A DNA stretch of 64,000 nucleotides. It comes from Felis catus. Lineage: Eukaryota. The translations under genes were made by a program, and so were the position numbers. Location of the stretch: contig NC_058368.1 of NCBI RefSeq assembly GCF_018350175.1, positions 47,060,001 to 47,124,000 of the forward strand. The letters are read 5' to 3'. The notes below the pieces were generated by a model. It was given only the letters and a program-made list of their open reading frames with translations, did not search any database and was not told the origin of the DNA. Of this stretch, positions 1-12,500 are shown one piece after another. Each line of letters starts with the position of its first letter. Position 1 is the stretch's first letter.

Positions 1-442
1 TTGCTATTTATGGAACCGGTGGAGTCAGTGTGCAGATATCCCTGTGGCATGCACCCTGTTCGTTATGCCCTGATAACATGGGGATTTGCTGCATTTGACC
101 AGAGAGTAGAAGATGATGTTTTTCATAGGTGCTTACGTGGCTGTACATTGGAAAAGGGAGCAGAGATGAGAACTGGGGTGTGGCATGCCATCCAAAACTC
201 TGTTCCGCTTGCACACTGGCTTCCCTCTAACGGAGGAAGGAATGCAGTCAATAAAATCGTGGTGTTCTTGGGCATAAGCACAGGACTGCTTCGGTGCCTG
301 GAAGTAACAGTCTCCACGAAGAGGGGAGAGGAGAGGCTGTTCATCCCCCGAATTCCACTGTAGACCACAAGGATCAGACAGAACGATATGTACAAAAATC
401 ATTGAACTGAGAGTAAAATCAGTGTTCCACACTCATGGTTGT

Positions 443-495
443 TCTCTCTCTCTCTCTCTCTGTCTCTGTCTCTCTGTCTCTCTGTCTCTCTCTTC
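443..495. repeat. (CT)n/(CTCTGT)n microsatellite
   Basis: Directly visible pyrimidine-rich tandem repeat. Confidence 0.9.
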
Positions 496-1809
496 CCAGG
501 GGAAGGGTAGACTACTTAGGACATTTTAATGCACAGTAGAGTGGTTTTGTCACACTTGCATTCATCTTACTCATTTTCTTCTCTTATTTCCAGACTTGAG
601 GGAGTGTCTTCTCTGTCTTTTGTGTTGCTGTTTCTAATTCATTTTCAGTCAATCTACTCACACTGTTTATTCACTGGAAACGAATTAGAAATTACAAAAA
701 CTATAGATTATTCATTTTCAACCAAATCGTTTGAAACAAATTGTGCTGAGCAGCTTGCTGAATTTTAATCAAATTACATTTTGTCAAATTGGTGTCAGCG
801 AAACTGCATCACCTACACGGTTTGGGGGCAAACTGATTCATAACAAATCACCGGGAGCCTCAGAGTGGCCCCCGGCAGAGCACCGTGGGGCCCCGTGGGT
901 ACATCAGCCAAGTAACCTGATCACAAATGGTACTGGTGGTCAGACAGGAGCCCATTCCAGAAAACAAATCCAAGCCAAAGAATGGGAGAGAGCTTGTTCC
1001 TGTCTACCTGCAGCAACCCTCCGGGAGAACCTCAAAAATGCCTGAGGGAGTCTACATGAGGGAAGGTAATACTCTTCTTTTCTACCTTTCTCACATTATA
1101 TGGTTCATTGCCTGGCCAAGGCGATTATTTCCTTTGCAGGGCCCTTTTTCAAAAAGCAGGAAAAAATGCCCTTCAGGGTACTAAAATAGGTTTCCCCCTT
1201 TCTTCTGTAGTCTCTCAATTTGTCACAGTGCTATATATGTCATTCTAAGTGAGGAGAAATTAAAATTTTACATTATGAGCATGGACTTTACCATTCCTCC
1301 TTTACATTATACAATGCTGGTTTTTCATGCAAATAAGAGAATTTATAGCGGAATCTCTAATATTACACAATTTGTATTTCATATGTTGTATATGTTTTGT
1401 TCTTACCAGAACAGGGGAAAAGCTGTATCAAAAACAGTCCACTATTTTCATTTTACTCCCTGATAAATGCACATTCTTCCAAGACCCTCTACCTTCAACT
1501 TCCTGCTGAGTAAGTAAGGCCTGAAACGGAAGGAATTATGGGTTGCCCTATTCTTATTATGGATTGCCATCATTTTTATCATACACGGTTGGTGAATAGA
1601 GGGAGGTAATACATGTTTTAAAAAAATATGATAGGGTTTCTTAGTTGTTTGCACTTTTCAGGATACCACTGCCCCCTTTTTACATTTGAAGTGAGTTCTG
1701 TTTTCATAGAGAAAGCATGGCTTCTCAGGAAATCCAGCACTGCCCGGTCTACTCTGTCTCCATGGAAGGGTAGACTAAAGATCAAAAAAACAGATTAGAA
1801 ACACTTCAG

Positions 1810-2252
1810 AAAAAGAGCCCCAAACTGGAACAGCCTAAATGTTTTTCAAGAGAAGAGCAGAGAAACCTTGGCTGTTCATGCAGTGGAGTACTGCACAGCA
1901 ATAAAAAGGAATAAACTACCGATGTGTCATCAACAAGCCTAAATCGCAAAAAACATTATGTTGAGCCAATGAACCCAGACACAGAAGAGCAGATATTCTA
2001 TGACTCCATTTTTTATGATGTTCTAGAAGAGGCAAACCTAATTTATGACGATAGATAGCACAATATTGATTCCTCTGGAGAGGCTGAGGGATGCCTGAAA
2101 AATATCTTGAGGAAACCTTCTGGGGTCCTGGAAAAAGTCTAGAGCTTGATCGGGGTATAGGTCACCTGTACAGATTTTTTGTCAATACTTGTCAAAATGT
2201 ACATTTAGAATCTCTGAATTTCATTCTGTATAAATAATACCTCCATGAAAAG
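1810..2252 (+). mobile_element. Ancient LINE-1 (L1M-type) 3' end fragment
   Basis: Degenerate L1 ORF2-end/3'UTR motifs: aaactggaacagcctaaatg..., ctatgactccatt...ggcaaacctaatttatg, tgtataaataatacctc. Boundaries approximate. Confidence 0.6.
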
Positions 2253-2326
2253 TAAGTTACTTTGTATTTTTCTTCACACACAAAAAATTGTTTCTTCTTG
2301 TAACTTTATCTTCTAAGCAAATTTTA

Positions 2327-2360
2327 TTTATTTTTATTATTTTAATGTTTATTTATTTTT

Positions 2361-2391
<31 letters not shown>

Positions 2392-2557
2392 CACAAGCGG
2401 GGGAGGGGCAGAGAGAGGGAGACACAGAATCTAAAGCAGACTCTAGGGTCTGAGTTGTCAGCACAGAGTCTGACACGGGGCTCAAACTCATGACCCACAA
2501 GATCATGACCTGAGCCAAAGTTGGACACTTAACCAACTGAGCCACCCAGGTGTCCCC
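2327..2557 (-). mobile_element. CAN-SINE (SINEC, feliform type)
   Basis: Antisense tRNA-derived head, (AG)n tract, poly-T tail. TSD taagcaaatttta at 2314-2326 and 2558-2570. Confidence 0.95.
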
Positions 2558-3218
2558 TAAGCAAATTTTAAGATCAGATTGTCAAATATGTTACAAGGAT
2601 TATTTTGGGATTTGGATTGGAAAGCATTCACTTTGTGCCCTTATTTAGGGAAGAGGCATTCTTATTAAATGAAATCATCTTAGTAATTATATTCCTTGCC
2701 ATTAAGGGTTTTTGTACATTCATTTTATTAAAGTTATTGCTATAGAGAATTTTCACACTATTGTTAGGTTTGTTAGCAGGTTATTTGCAGATTGGCTTAT
2801 CTGATGTGTAAATTGTTTCCTCCCTATTTGATTTTCTCATTAATTATTACTGGAAAATAGAATATTAATTTTTTTATTTTGACTACCTTACCTAATTCTA
2901 GCATTAGCTCTAATATATTTTAGTTGATTCTTTGTGTTTTCTGAATAGTCAATTTTATACAATTGACTTGAATTAAACAATAACAATTTTTCTAATATCA
3001 TATATTGTTCATTATTATTTCTTTTTTATTTTATGATACTGACCAGAATGACTACAATATCAAATAGCAGTTGTAAAAGAAGGCATCCTTGTCCTATTTA
3101 TAAGAAGATTTTTATTATTTCACTATTAAGATATTTTCTCTGCGTGTTTAACAAATAAACATACATGAGGTTCAGGAAATACCCTTCTATTCCTAAGAAA
3201 GTTATTTTGTGGTTTCTT

Positions 3219-3439
3219 TTTTTTTAATTTTTTTTAATGTTTATATTTATTTTTGAGACAGAGAGAGACAGAACATGAGCAGGGGAGGGGCAGGGAGAGA
3301 GAGAGACAGAATCCGAAGCGGGCTCCAGGCTCTGAGCTGTCAGCACAGAGCCCGACATGGGGCTCGAACCCACAAACTGCGAGATCATGACTTGAGCCTA
3401 AAGTCGGACGCTCAACCGACTGAGCCACTCAGGTGCCCC
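3219..3439 (-). mobile_element. CAN-SINE
   Basis: Full antisense SINEC. TSD ttttgtggtttctt at 3205-3218 and 3442-3455. Confidence 0.95.
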
Positions 3440-3482
3440 TGTTTTGTGGTTTCTTATTGGTTGAATTAAAATGGATGATGGC

Positions 3483-4398
3483 AGGAAAACACCCAACAAA
3501 TAATCCTATTAAAAATAAGCAGAGGACCTGAACAGACATTTTTCTAAAGAAGACATACAGATGGCCATCAGACACATGAAAAGATGCTCAATATCACTAA
3601 TGACCAGGGAAATGCAAATTAAAACCACAGTGAGATGTCACTTTATACCTGTCTGGTGACTAGAATAAAAAAGACAAGAAATAACAGGTGTTGGCAAGGA
3701 TGTGGGGAAAAAGGAACCCTCATGCACTGTTGGTGGGAATGTAAATTGGTGCAACCACTATGGAAAACAGTATGGAGGTTCCTCAAAAAATTAAAAATAG
3801 AACTACCTCATGATCCAGCAGTTCCACTGGATCTGGGGATTACCTCCCAAAATGAAAAGGCTTACTCAAAAGATATGTGCAGTGCTATGTTCATTGCACC
3901 ACCACTTAAAATAGCCAAGATATGGAAGCACTCCAAATGTCCATAGAGATAGATGAGTAGATACAGAAGATGTAATGGAATATTACTCAGCCATAAAAAA
4001 GAATGAGATCCTTTCATCTGTGACAACATAAATAGACCTAGAGGGTATTATGCTAAATGAAATAAGTCAGAGAAAGACAAATATCATATGATTTAACTTC
4101 TTTTTGTAATCTAAAAAACAAAACAAATAAGCAAAATCAGAACCAGACCCATAAATACAGAGAACAGACTGATGGTTGCTAAAAGAAAGAAGGGTGGAAG
4201 GATGGAACAGCATAGGGAATATACAACAGGAACACCATAGGGAATATAGCCAATGGTATTGTAATAGTGTTGTATGGTGACAGATAGTAGCTATGCTTGT
4301 GATGGGCATAGCATAAAGTACAGACTTGTCAAATCACTATGTTGGACACCGGAAACTAACCTAACACTATGTGTCAAATATACTTCCATTAAAACAAA
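3483..4398 (+). mobile_element. 5'-truncated carnivore LINE-1 (ORF2 C-terminus + 3'UTR)
   Basis: ORF 3635-3946 contains the L1 ORF2 C-terminal signature [40 protein letters not shown], followed by an L1_Carn-type 3'UTR. Confidence 0.92.
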
Positions 4399-6044
4399 TA
4401 GGTGACAAATTTTATCAAATTGTTTTGGCAATACTCATTTTTTTCTTCCATAAAATGTTAGTGTGGTCATCCATATTAATAAATATATTAATATTGAAAC
4501 ATCCTTGAATTGCTAAAATTATCTTCATTTGTTGGTAATATATTAGTTTTCTAACATGTGGATGGCTTCCATTTGTTAATATTTTACTTAGGAATTTTCC
4601 ATTGGTTTTGTAGTTTAGATCGCTATTTGATTTCCCATTTTTCCCTCAAACTATGTCTGTCTTTGACATCGGGACCATGCATGCCCTCACTTGACTTTGG
4701 GAAGCTCCCAATTTTTCTTTATTTCTGAAAGAGTTGAAATATTAGAAGAATATCTGGCACAACTTCTTTGCAAAATTACCTAGGCATTGTACTTTTGTTA
4801 GAAGTTACCTCTTTTTTCAATTCTCCCTGTGATTATTAGCCTATATGATGTTTTGACTCTTTTTAATCTATGTATTTCTAGAAACCATTTCATTTCATCT
4901 AGATTTTCAAAGCTATTGAAATATAGTTTAAGATTGTCTTTTTTTTTTACTAATGTTATTATTTTTCTTTTTCTTTCCGGAAAGTCTTGCCAAACATGAG
5001 TCTAATTTATTTGTATTTTTGCAGAACAACTTTTGAAGTTTATTGCTCAAGTCTGTGTTTGCTTTCTTATTTCATAAAATTCTACTTTACTTATCTTACA
5101 AGTTTCTTTCTATTTTTCTCTATTATTTTTTATTTTTTCTTATTTATTGAACTGAAAGTCTTGGTCATAAATTTCCAGTCTGTTTTGATCTAGGAAATGC
5201 ATTTTAAGATTACAAATTCCCTCTTGAATACTGCTTTCCCTGCATCCTGTGGGTTTTAATAAGGGTCCTTTTTTAATAATTTATATTTTGATTCCTTTTT
5301 GATCTCAAGAGTTTTTTAGAAGATTATTTTAAAATTTTTATGTGCTCAGATAGAGTTTTATTGCCTTATTGTTAATATATAGTTTTATTACAATGTGGTC
5401 ACAGAATGTAAATTTTATGATTCAGAACTGCAGAATTGATTTAGATTGTCTTTGTGATACAGTCTATTTGGAGAATTTTTGTGACTGTCCCATCATGTTT
5501 AAAAGCATGTGTACCACCACTTTTGAGAAAAATATTTCCATATGTAAATTAAATTATCCAAATCCCCTTTTTTCTTAACCTAGACCCATAAATTATGAGA
5601 TAAGTGCTAAAATCTCTCACAATGATTTTGAATTATGAGATCCTCTTCGGTTTCAAGCAATGTTGACTTTTTATATTTCAAAGCTATGTCATGAGGTCAA
5701 AGGTTGCTTGCTATCCTTTAACACACACATTTTAATTCATATATTCTTGGTAGATCTTTAACTCTTATTAATGCAAAATCTCACTTTCATTTGAATTTTT
5801 CCTGGTGCTCCATTTTTGTACCCGCTTTCCTCATTTTATATTTGCCTAACACATCTTTTTGCAACTATTTTCAAATATCCTGCATCATGATATTTTAGGA
5901 GTATCTCTTGAAATGATCACATATGAGTATTTATTCTTTTCATTCTACCATGTTTGATATCCTAGTTTACTGCTTGTCAGCAATAAAATTTTATCCTTTC
6001 ACATTTATTGCGTTCTGCAGTTTTTAATTTTTATACACATTAAA

Positions 6045-6133
6045 TTTTTTAAATACGAATTATATATATTTAAGATTCACATGACTACTGCAGTCATGCT
6101 AATTAACATATCCATCTCCTCACACATTTACCA

Positions 6134-6165
<32 letters not shown>

Positions 6166-6300
6166 GTGAATACATCTGAAATCTACCTTCTTAGCCCATC
6201 TCCAGTATTCAACACAGTGTAATCAACAGTAGTCACCATGCTATAGATTAGATCTCCATGCTTACCAATCCAACATTACTGCAACCTTGTGCCCTGTCAT
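6045..6300 (-). mobile_element. L1MA-type 3' end fragment containing (TG)n (about 6138-6165)
   Basis: gctaattaacatatccatctcctcac...gtcaccatgctatagattagatctcc matches an antisense L1MA 3'UTR. Confidence 0.7.
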
Positions 6301-6428
6301 ATTTTTCACAACTTCTGACTTCTTAACATTGTATTTTATTCTTTAGATAGTTGTTTCTTTTATTCTACAGTTTCTTGGTGGGATGGCTTTTCTTTCTTCC
6401 AATTTTTTTTTTAGTCATTTTTAGATTT

Positions 6429-6958
6429 TGTTAATAGGCAATTCTCTGGGGATCTCACGCATTTCGACACATCTTGTGAACGAGGCCATAATTTCTCTTT
6501 GTGTCAAGCTATGTTCTTCTGGATGTTTATAGAGTAAACAGCCTTAGAAGATAGAGGTAGTATCTCCCTCCAGAGCAAAGGGCAGGATTGGTTACCACGC
6601 GTGAAGGTAGAAATCCTGTTTTGCTCTGGAGCAAAGGACAGCAGGTTTATTCTCCAGTATAAAAAGAAGTCAGGTTCCCTGAGTTTATGGCTCCTCTTCT
6701 GTAATGCAACCCATGGTAGGTGCTTTTGCAATGTGTCATCTAGCCCTCTTCATGTCACCATCTGGTAACTGGACTGGAGGTAACCGGGAAAAGTATTCAG
6801 ATGTTTATTCTACTTGCAGAGAATAGTAATGTCCTTGGTCTCTGACCATGACTCCTGTGTCTTTTCTCAGGATCCATGAAGCTGTGGACAGACTAATTTG
6901 TTAGCTTCCAAGTTCAGGTATCAACTTGGGCATCTCAGGCCCTTCACATCTCTTGACA
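6429..6958 (+). mobile_element. Solo LTR, MER76-like (ERVL class)
   Basis: TG...CA ends. The 3' part (tccatgaagctgtggacagactaatttgttagcttccaag...cccttcacatctcttgaca) resembles the recalled MER76 consensus. Confidence 0.7.
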
Positions 6959-9900
6959 GCTTGTCCATACAACTTCTAGTTCTAGATTGCAATGTTTCTC
7001 AACATGAAGTCTGTAGATCATGGGAACACTTTTGTCATTAAGGGAGGACATTTTGAGCATGGCTTCTTGAGGCGGAATGCCCGTTGGCCCCACCAGATCC
7101 TGTTAGGCTAGCTTCAGAGGGTCTAGAGCTACTGGCAACAAAAGCATGTGTTAATTTGGAAGTATGAACTGTCGGGAGTTGGAAAGTTCAGAAACACTAA
7201 AAGGGGAGACAGCACTGGTGTGGGTAAGGCAGGAAGTGTCAATTCTACACGAGAAACCGCATAAATCATGAAATCAGCAGGAGCATTGTGCCACACTAGG
7301 AGTCTTAGAGCCCAGACACCTCGGGTCCTACGTCCTCCAAGATAACCAGAAATCAGAGGGCTCTGGATAAGGACAGAGTCTCAAGTCCAGTACTAGTGTG
7401 GCTTCTCATCTTAGATTCAGACATGACTGACTTGGGCCTGAATATCAACCAGCTGTAACCCAGGACTCCTTTGTCAAAGCCCCTGAGGCTTGAAAGGCCT
7501 GTGGCCTAAGGTTATATTTACAGTCTAATAACCTTTATTTAGTTATTATAAAAAAAAAAAAAAGAAACCATTTTGAAAGGAGCAGCCTGGATCTTTTCTA
7601 ATGTAAAAAATGAGGCTGATAGTAACTGCAGAACAGAAATATAAGTTGGGTCTGAGGAAGGGAAAAGGCAAGGCCAGAAGAGGTGAACATTGGTGAAGAG
7701 TCAGCTCGCAAACGTCCATGTGGCACAAAGCAAAGTTTCCTGAGAGGAAATTGCCTGGACCAGAAAATCCGAGCTTCACTTCCTTTCCTGAGGCAGGTGA
7801 CCCATAGAGACTAGTGGTAGTCCCAAGCTTGGGGAGCCACAGCAGAACCTAAGTGTTAAGGGCCGATACCTGACACCCAGCTCCTGCTCATGCAAAGGGA
7901 AGCAAAGACAGCGTCTCTTGAAGCTCTTGAAAAATCAGTGCTGAGCAATGACTGCTTCCTGTTTAGAGCACTAACATAGAACGGGCTGACCACTGTATCC
8001 CTCAGAGGTGGACAGGTTTCAGTAATGATGCGCCCTAAGACTCCATACACACATTCCACCACCAAGTGTCTCTCCATCTGGTGCCTCGTATGTTCCCTGT
8101 GTTTATACTAGCACCTGCGCACATACGAGAGAGCAATGCCGGTTTCCATTCCTACTGGAAACAAACACCTGAAGGACAGCAAGGATTGTAGCAATTGAAC
8201 AGATCATGGGCCCAAATTATTAGGAATGAAATGGACCTCTTTCTTGTTGCCTCTTGAAGCAAACGTCTGAAATTCTCCTCATTGCAGTTGCTGTTTGCTC
8301 TACGATGTATGAACACGAATATCTGAAACCTTTGGCTTTGGGATAGTTGACCTGAACTTGGCTCTGGCCATTTGGAGCTAAAGAACAAACGTCAGACAAT
8401 TGTGCTGAATGGCTCATAGTGATTGTTGCAAATGGCAGCCGTGAAAATGGAAGGGTTGATTGGAACAGTACATAAATTGTAATGACTATTGCTTTTTTGT
8501 CATTACTCTTGCCATCACTGTTGGATCTGTGGTGCTGGGCCTCCTGCCTGACTGAGGAAATGATGGACTCTGGAAAGGGTAAAATAATTCACCCAAATTT
8601 TACCTTTCCTCCAGGATGGTCCAAAAAAAAATCCTCTCTCATTTCAGTCTTGCTGCAATTAGAGTAGAAGCAGAAATGAGGAAACGGGGGTCATGGTTAA
8701 TCCAAATTATTTTGGACCAGAAGTCACCCATAGTGCAAGCTTTATGAATGCTGTGTCAGTCTCCCTGCAGTGTTCAAAATTACCAATATTTGCATTTGTG
8801 TATCTATAAAGTATTTTTAGGCTTGGATTTATTTCGGTATATAAAGGAGACATTTATAAAAAGGAGCTTGTCACCATGATCAATAATGAACTGAAAAAAA
8901 TTGTAAAGAAATTAATCACAAATCAAAGGTACAAACTTACTCATTTTTTTTTCTATTCGTGTTTAATTGTTTGGGTTTGATTTGCGAGAGAACAAGATTG
9001 CCTCTGCTTCAAATGGAGTTATTTTCCATATTTTTCTCATTTGATATGATCTTGGGAGAAAACATAGATATCCCTTAAGAGAGACAAACAATTCACGTCA
9101 TGAAAATGGGCTGCATAAAACTGTAATAAATACATATTCAAGGGCATAAATATGTAGTAACACATTGCAGCTAAAAATCAAATATGTGGTAGGATTTCCC
9201 CTCGGGATGGAAGCAGCCTGCATCAAAAGCAATTTACCCTTTCCCCGAAGGCCCCAAATGTCCCACATTCTCAATTCACACATCCTGCCTTCTGGACCAC
9301 TTTTGACTTTAAGAATTGGTGATATTTTCCTGTGTTCTTGTTTTCAAATCAGGATGTCACTTCTAGGCAGGTCGGGTACAAATCCGTATCTCTTAGAGTA
9401 ACAGCTATCTCCTCACTTTCTCTAAATGCCCAAGACTGTAATTTACATCTTTTCTTCTCAGGATGCAGGGAATAGATTTTCATCTCCCACTCCAAATGAA
9501 GTTTTATCTTTCTGTCCACAGCGACAATTGGAAGAAAGCTAAGATCCCTTTGCTTTTCATGTTTTCTTCAAACATAAATCTTGTCAATACCTTTTAAATT
9601 ACGACTTCAATCACAAAACAATTCTTTTGCCCTAACTCTGTGTTCCAAGCTCCAGTCTTTCCATCAGACACCAGCTTGTAAGAAATTGCAGTTTGGCTAA
9701 GTGCTGGATGAAGACAAAAAGGCACAGGAAGGGCCAAGACCTTTGTACAAACAAGGCGGAGAACTTCGATCCCCAACCCAGTGGGATCTTGGTGAGGATT
9801 CATCCCTTCCAGTTGCACCCGAACCGTGTGCCCCGATACTCTGGCGCCTGCACACCTCCCAGACTCCAAGTAAGATGGTCCCGTGTCTCCCTTTCCCACC

Positions 9901-10809
9901 AGCAGTGAAGTCTAGGTGAATGTCTGGTTCCAGAGCTCCACTTCTCTTGCTGGGCCACAGGATTGGTCTGCTGATGGAAAAGGTTAAATTATGTAAACTC
10001 AACACAGAGCAGAATAAGGGTTAGCTTCTATCATCACCACCACAATGGCTATTGTTACTGTGATTATGATTCCATAGCTCTCTCGAGTTATTTTTTGTGT
10101 TTTTTTTTCCAGCCCTTTCTTGATTCATTCCATTGCATTCTAACCTTAAAAAATACACCTATTTCTTTTCTTTCAAATTTCTGAGGTGGGGGGAGGGTGC
10201 TTCAAGAAGTTAGCCTGATTTCCTGTTTTATAGGTCCAACAAAATCATGCCATAATTTCAGTTTCTCAGGATCTTATCATTTCACAATTTATCAGCCTTA
10301 TTTCTTCACTTGGGAAATATTCATCAATGTGTTCAAATAATGACAGATGGATGGATCTACCAAACAGCTTTAATTTGATCTTACATGTTTTCTCAAAGAA
10401 ATGAGGCAGAGAAAAAGTAGTAAAAGTCATCAGTAAGTAGAATAATTGTGCCTAAATTTTTTCTGTTGCTTAAGTGACAAAGAAATCTACTCCTACAATT
10501 TGTTGTGAAGAGATGATAGATTTTGAAGAAATACTTAACAAGCTGATAAGACAATGATCTGGAAGCCAGGAAAAAAGCTCACCCCTTAGAAACAGAATTC
10601 ATCTTATTTTTTACCTTTTTGAAAAACAAGAATACCTATGAAATGGAGTATTGCCTACTTAGTTTTCATGTTATTTAATTTCATTTCATTCAGTATAAAA
10701 TCTGGACAGTCATGGTGGGCAGGTACCAGTCTTGTGTACTGGTTAATTGCATCATCTATAAATTCAGAGAGTCATAGATTCTACTAGTTGTACTATTGTC
10801 ATCATCACT

Positions 10810-10990
10810 TATTAGCCAATCTTGGACAAGCTATTTAACCACTCTGTGCCCCAGTTACCTTATCTGTAAAACACAAACAATAATAGAATTAACTTTATAA
10901 GGCTGATTTAAAAATAAAATGGAATAATGTGTATGAATTACCGAAAGCAATGTCTATTTCATTATAAATAAGTATTATCCATTACTATTT
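10810..10990 (+). mobile_element. MIR SINE
   Basis: MIR core: cttggacaagctatttaaccactctgtgccccagttaccttatctgtaaaa. Confidence 0.75.
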
Positions 10991-11249
10991 TAAGATTCTT
11001 TGTCAGTATCATGAAAATAATTAGATATATTAGAAGCATGAAATTACTAGTTTCAGGCTAAAATTTTCTCAAATCTACAAAATATGGAGCTACATAAGCA
11101 TAGAACTACATAAAGCTACTTAATAAAGAGTCAATCATAGCCATCTCACGCAGACATCTTTTGTTTTTTTAACTGGAATGCAGGCTTAGTGTTGATCTAA
11201 TCATTTCTGCATTTTCTGCAGATCTTGGCCCACTTTAAAAGACTTGTAA

Positions 11250-11451
11250 GGGGCGCCTGGGTGGCGCAGTCGGTTAAGCGTCCGACTTCAGCCAGGTCAC
11301 GATCTCGCGGTCCGTGAGTTCGAGCCCCGCATCAGGCTCTGGGCTGATGGCTCGGAGCCTGGAGCCTGTTTCCGATTCTGTGTCTCCCTCTCTCTCTGCC
11401 CCTTGCCCGTTTATGCTCTGTCTCTCTCTGTCCCAAAAATAAATAAACGTT
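11250..11451 (+). mobile_element. Young SINEC_Fc-type CAN-SINE with essentially no poly-A tail
   Basis: Near-consensus CpG-rich body. TSD aaaagacttgtaa at 11237-11249 and 11452-11464, at a tt/aaaa site. Confidence 0.95.
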
Positions 11452-11497
11452 AAAAGACTTGTAAAATCTTACAAGATCCTTTTTAAAATCTCATTTA

Positions 11498-11580
11498 GGG
11501 GTGCCTGGGTGGTTCAGTCAGTTAAGCAACCAACTTTGGCTCAGGTCATGATGTCAGGGTTCATGAGCTTGAGCCTCGCC
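11498..11580 (+). mobile_element. 3'-truncated CAN-SINE (tRNA-like head only)
   Basis: ggggtgcctgggtggttcagtcagttaagc...ttgagcctc, ending abruptly at antisense L1 sequence. Confidence 0.85.
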
Positions 11581-11840
11581 CTATGGCCATGTTAATGATA
11601 TTAATTCTTCCAATTAATAAGCCCAGAATATCTTTCCATTTATTTGTGTCATTTTCAGTTTCTTTTATCAATGTCTCATAGTTTTAAGAATATAGGTCTT
11701 TCACCTCCATTAAATTTATCCCTAGGTATTTTATTCTTTTTGATGCAGTTGTAAATCAGGTTTTCTTAATTTCTCTTTCTGATAGCTTATTATTATTGTA
11801 TAGAAACACAACCAATTTCTGCACATTAATTTTATATCCT
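11581..11840 (-). mobile_element. Inverted 5' segment of a carnivore LINE-1 (ORF2)
   Basis: The reverse complement encodes the degenerate ORF2 region from GYKIN to GRINI.. and abuts sense L1 at about 11841. Confidence 0.85.
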
Positions 11841-12060
11841 TTTGGACCAGTCTTTCCAGGCAAGGGCAACAAAGCCAAAATAAACAAATGGGATTACGTT
11901 AAACTAAAAAGGTTTTGCACAGCAAAGGAAGCCATCAGCAAAATTAAAGGGCAACCTACTGAATGTGAGAAGATATTTGCAAATCACACATCTAATAAGG
12001 AGTTAATATCCAAAATATGTAAAGAACTTACACAACTTAATATTAAAAAACTCAACAACT

Positions 12061-12265
12061 CGGGTGCCTGGGTGACTAAGTCAGTTAAGTGTCTGACTTT
12101 GTCTCAGGTCATGATCTCGCGGTCCGTGAGTTCAAGCCCTGCGTTGGGCTCTGTGCTGACAGCTCAGAGCCTGGAGCCCACTTTGGATTCTGTTTCTCCT
12201 TCTGTCTGTCCCTCCCTCACTTGTGCTGTCTCTCAAAAATAAATAAATGTAAAAAAAATGTTTTT
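12061..12265 (+). mobile_element. CAN-SINE nested in L1
   Basis: SINEC head and A-rich tail. Degenerate TSD aaaaactcaacaac / aaaacaacaacaac. Confidence 0.9.
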
Positions 12266-12500
12266 AAAACAACAACAACCCCAAATTATAAAGGGGACAA
12301 AGGACTTGAATAAACACTTTTCCAAAGAAGACATACAGATGCCCAACAGCCACATGAAAAGATATTCCACATTATAAATACAGGGAAATGTGAATCAAAA
12401 TCACAATCCGATAGCACCGACAACATGTGTCAGGTTGTCTATTATCAAAAAAAAAAAGAATAATAAGTGTTAGCAAAAATGTGGATAAAAGAGAACCTTC

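Larger units (their letters stand above)
2570..6040 (-). mobile_element. Highly diverged antisense LINE-1 (L1M-type) ORF2 remnant, interrupted by younger elements
   Basis: T-rich sequence with antisense L1 ORF2 motifs, e.g. ggcatccttgtc...ttcactattaag...cccttctattccta and ttcatctagattttcaaa. Boundaries approximate. Confidence 0.55.

Noticed and set aside
1..363. 120-aa plus-strand ORF at the window edge
   Set aside because: TTG start at the window boundary, no recognisable domain, no supporting splice structure.
3635..3946. ORF with strong protein-like signature
   Set aside because: It is an L1 ORF2 C-terminal fragment of a truncated retrotransposon, not a host gene. The same applies to 11796-12242, 12741-13004, 13261-13470 and 58217-58627.
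11250..11330. tRNA-like A/B boxes in SINE heads
   Set aside because: These are tRNA-derived CAN-SINE promoters followed by a CT tract and TSD, not tRNA genes.
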